Below, one piece after another: positions 60,370 to 64,000 of a stretch of DNA of 64,000 bases; the first letter of the stretch is position 1; each line of letters begins with the position of its first letter. Location: contig JAVKOQ020000009.1 of NCBI GenBank assembly GCA_031835245.2, positions 62,001-126,000 on the forward strand. Direction: 5' to 3'. The notes under the pieces were generated by a model. The model was not told the origin of the DNA, did not search any database, and saw only the letters and a program-made list of their open reading frames with translations. The DNA comes from Balamuthia mandrillaris (Eukaryota). Made by a program: the position numbers and the translations under genes.

Positions 60370-61299
60370 TCATCGACTCAAAACCTCCACTCTTTGTCGT
60401 TTTCTTCTTGAGGAGGAAGATGACGAAGAAGGAAGACGGAAGAGAAAGAAAAGCAAGGCTGTTGTTCCAACGACGCCAGCAACCATAACAGGGAGCAGAG
60501 GAGGAAGAGAGGAGAGAGTTCGAAGAAGCATTAACCGCAGTCGACATCCAAACGGCAAAATTACTTCCTCCGAATAAAGCAACACCTTTTCTGATACTAC
60601 TTCTTCTTTCGTACGTTCTGTTTGTTGATAGGGATGAGGAGCAGTTGAAGAAATAGAGAGAGCACGTATGCCTGAAGAAGAGGAAGAGAAAAGATGGTTG
60701 TAGTTGGATTTAGTTGGTGATCCTGAGAGAAGTTCTTGTACGGCTTCCTCATAACATCTCCGCAATAACGAAAAAGAAGAATTGGTGGAGAGCCCAAAGT
60801 CTGTGGAGAGAGCAGAGAGGAGTTCATCTTTGGCCATGTACTTTGTGTCGCAGTAACCGCATTCGTAAAGGCCAGCTCTATCCATTAACAAGCGTCGCAA
60901 ACGATTGTTCAAGTTCATTTCTTCACACGTTCTTATGTTTCTTCCATTCTCCTTTTCTTCTTCTTGTTCTTCGTTTTTAACTTGTTGTTGAAGCAAGAGT
61001 TGGTGCTGTCGTTGAATATAGTCGATGATAGACTGAGAAGAAGCTGAAGAAATCGTAGAAGTAAACGAAGATGTTGAAGCAGAGATAAAAGGAAGCGAGA
61101 GAGGAGGAGCTTGTCCCCCGAGAAGAGTTAGATAGACGCTAAGAGTGAAGGCCACTGGAAGAAGCCATGCCATTGCGCATAATCCTCGAAAGCAAAGTAT
61201 GCTTAACCATTCGGCTGTATTGTCTTTACCAGGTAAATGCCTTGCATTCTCCTCTATTGCCGGTGCTTGGTCTGTTAAATAAGAGTTCAGGAAAAGTCC

Positions 61300-61369
<70 letters not shown>

Positions 61370-62369
61370 CAGAGACAGAGACAGAGACAGAGACAGAGAC
61401 AGAGACAGAGACAGAGACAGAGACAGAGACAGAGACAGAGACAGAGACAGAGACAGAGACAGAGACAGAGACAGAGACAGAGACAGAGAGACAGAGACAG
61501 AGAGCAGAGACAGAGACAAGGAACAGAGAAGATAAGAAAGCGGAAGAGGAACCTCTTTTAAATAGAGAAAACGCATAGAGAGGTTTGCCAGCGGGAGGCG
61601 GTGGAAGCAGATACAGAGGAGGAGCACTTGGCTCTGTTGCTTTCATCAATGTCGATGATGATGGCGACGACGAGGAGGAGCGATCAACTATAGAAGCGAG
61701 AGAACAAGGTTGGTGTTGCTGAAACGAAAGCATTGATGACTCTGAAGAAGAGGCAGAAGAAAAAGACGACGCCGAAGACAAAGCCAATGAAGAAGCTGAG
61801 AACGAAGACATAGAAAAAGGAGGAGTGGACGAAGGAAAAGGCGACAACGAAGAAGAAACAGTCGACGATGAGGAACGAAGGCACAAAGCCGAAAAGGAGG
61901 CGGTCCCAACGCTCTCGCTTCTTCCTTTCTTGTGGTGACTTTCATAAGAGGAAGAAGACGAGGAAGGAGAGTCAGAGTCAGAGTTTCTTCTCCTTCTTCT
62001 GCTTCGCTGCAGTTGCTGTTGAGGAGGTGGCGATGGCTGTTGAGAGAGAGGCCGATCCGTGGTGATTGACAAAAGTTCATGCAAATACGAAAGCGAGCTG
62101 GAGCGACGTCGTTTCGCGTTGCTGTAGCTGCTTTCTGCTTCTCCTTCTGCTTCCTCTTGACTCTGTTCTCCTTCTGCCTCTCCTTTGACTTCAACTGGGG
62201 GTGTTTCAGCTTTGATGGAGGAGCGGCCCTGCGTCGAAGCCAACGGGGAGGAGAGGGTATTGCGATCGTAGCGACGCTGAGCAAGCAGGAAAGCAGAAGA
62301 GGGAGGGGGAAGGAGAAGAGCCGACCCTGTGCGTTCGTTATGGAAGGAGGTCCTTCTTAGCTCCTTCAT
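60370..62369 (-). CDS. Src1/MAN1-like inner nuclear membrane protein (two TM segments, luminal Cys domain), 2 exons
   Basis: Ser-rich basic N-terminus; TM1 (AWLLPVAFTLSVYLTLLGG); LRRLLMDRAGLYECG and LPFGCRLR resemble MSC-domain motifs; TM2 (LLPVMVAGVVGTTALLFFLF). Splice acceptor at 61272. Confidence 0.6.
61306..61518. repeat. (AG)n then (AGACAG)n microsatellite, intronic
   Basis: Direct reading of the sequence. Confidence 0.95.
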
Positions 62370-63441
62370 ATTTTTTTGTTTTGGTTTCTATGCTGCGTTT
62401 CGCTACCCCCCCTCAAACACCACATAAACAACAACGCAAAGATGGAGCGGATCGATCAAACAAAGTAGTGTGCAGCGGTCGTTAGAGAAATCGAATCCAA
62501 TGGACTGCTTGTTATTTATTATTTTTTTTTTTAATTTTATTTCAAAGAGAGGTTTGTTAGGGGGGGTAAGGTCTAGAGAAAGCAATGGGGTTGCTCGAAC
62601 GTACCCTTTTTTATTCAATCGGTTGTGCTCTGCTTCGTCTTTCTCTTTCTTCTTCTTCTTTGGTGTACGTTTTATTACAACCGAAAAATTTCCAGACGGT
62701 TTTTGCTCCTCTTCGGGTCGCAGGGTCGGATGATGACATCAGCCCGTCCGCCCCGAACAAGCTTGGCTCCTGGATGACGTCACCTCCTTTTTGCGATTCC
62801 GTTAGGCCACCTTTCCGTCCCCGCTTTGGCCGATATTATTTCATCGCGAGCAAGAAGACAGAGAGAGAACCCATAACTCAAAAAGCTGAACGACTCGCTG
62901 TAGTTCAAAGGGAGGAAGGAGGGGCATGCCCCGGACTAGCCTGGTGCACGCAAACATTAGCTTGGCTTACCTCTTCCTCTTACATAAAAGGAGCTTTTGC
63001 TGGCAATGACTTATCATTTCAGCAATCCAAGTCGATGATGGTGAAAATCCATTCCAGGCTTTTCAATTTTTTTGTTTACAGAAGAAGTAAAGAGTATAGA
63101 GAGAGAGAGAAGAGAGAGAGAAGGGAGAAAAGTTACTCCTTTTTTTTTTTGTTTAATAACATCACCTCTCCCATAAATGAAACGTGAAGGCAGGGACACC
63201 CTTTTTCAAATACCACAGAATGCAGAGTGAATTCGGTCAGCCTGGTGCGGCAACCGTAGCCGACCCGTCTTGAAGAAGCCAAGGCACTTTATTCCAAAAG
63301 TTCGGGTGGATGGTGGTGAAAACCCACCCCAGGCTTTTTTTAAATCTCTCTCCTTTCGTTCTTCTTTTGTTTATTTTATTTATTTATTTCTTATTTTTTT
63401 TTTATTATTTGTATTTCGACTATTACCATAATAGGATCGTT

Positions 63442-63546
63442 TCCTAACATAATATGTTTACATTTTTAATGATGTAACAGTTAATTATGAATCCTCTCCT
63501 AACATAATATGTTTACATTTTTAATGATGTAACAGTTAATTATGAA
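63442..63546. repeat. Exact 50-bp direct tandem duplication (period 55)
   Basis: TCCTAACATAATATGTTTACATTTTTAATGATGTAACAGTTAATTATGAA at 63442-63491 and 63497-63546. Confidence 0.95.
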
Positions 63547-63664
63547 ACTCCTATTATCTAACCAAGAAGACTAGGAATACCTATCAACGTAATAGGGTAA
63601 TAGAAAAAGAAAAATTTATAAAAAAAAAGAAAAAGAAAAAAAAAAGAAAAAAGAAAAAGAAAAA

Positions 63665-64000
63665 ATGGCGAATTATTTCAAGTGGACTGGTTACTTATTA
63701 GCACCGCTATCGCTGGCCGTTCTTCTGGCCGCGCTGCTCACCTCCCCTGACTCGGGCTCACCCGACATGAAGAACCGAGGCCCTCTGGAAACCTCTCTTC
63801 TCGCTCACCTCCAGGAGGAGGTCCCTCGGACGGCTTCTCTGCTTTCCTCCTCGGCTTCTTCCTCCTCCTCGTCTCCCACGCAAAAGTATGCCTTTGGAAG
63901 GTACACGAGGCCCATTCCTGAGCCGGACGTGGAGGCCAGCGCGCCCCTCCTCGGCGAACGTTTCGGCTGGCTGAGGCTGAAACGCTGGCATTACACCTCC
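63665..64000 (+). CDS. 5' end of a membrane-anchored or secreted protein, possibly DUF2804-like; runs off the window
   Basis: ATG at 63665: MANYFKWTGYLLAPLSLAVLLAALL...YAFGRY...WLRLKRWHYTS, open to the window end. Confidence 0.6.
   Translation, partial: MANYFKWTGYLLAPLSLAVLLAALLTSPDSGSPDMKNRGPLETSLLAHLQEEVPRTASLLSSSASSSSSSPTQKYAFGRYTRPIPEPDVEASAPLLGERFGWLRLKRWHYTS

Noticed and set aside
62585..63187. 200-aa plus-strand ORF; also checked for snRNA, SRP and 5S signatures
   Set aside because: It has no protein motifs and runs through simple repeats. None of the diagnostic U1, U2, U5, U6, SRP or 5S sequences were found by eye.

Overview
Eukaryotic nuclear DNA: gene-dense, with short GT-AG introns full of microsatellites. 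The CudA-type transcription factor, the GPCR-PIP kinase fusion and the overall style point to an amoebozoan (Acanthamoeba/Balamuthia-like); this assignment is inference. I can support about 26 protein-coding genes and one tRNA-Asn gene. The housekeeping genes include a DHX57-like helicase, DRG GTPase, NT5DC, TRM61, NPRL3, cyclophilin, LACS, DONSON, TTLL, LRR-PP2C and a Src1-like gene. The most striking item is an inverted pair of intronless genes (22582-23916 + and 49902-51335 -). They encode secreted Tyr/Asp/Gly-repeat proteins (unit GNIYDG[K/R]YDG) whose repeat block interrupts a small cysteine-containing globular domain. The two copies share a conserved promoter with GAA-nn-TTC dyads, and copy 1 lies directly beside a CudA-family transcription factor, so this is a candidate cyst-wall/encystation module. 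Other signals are a recurrent TGTCGACA promoter motif, a nuclear tRNA-Asn with a bacterial-type U1-A72 pair, bacterial-like glycoside hydrolases, a DUSP-only protein and a frameshift in a CRAL-TRIO gene. Exon boundaries were read by eye and family calls come from remembered motifs; no database searches were run.
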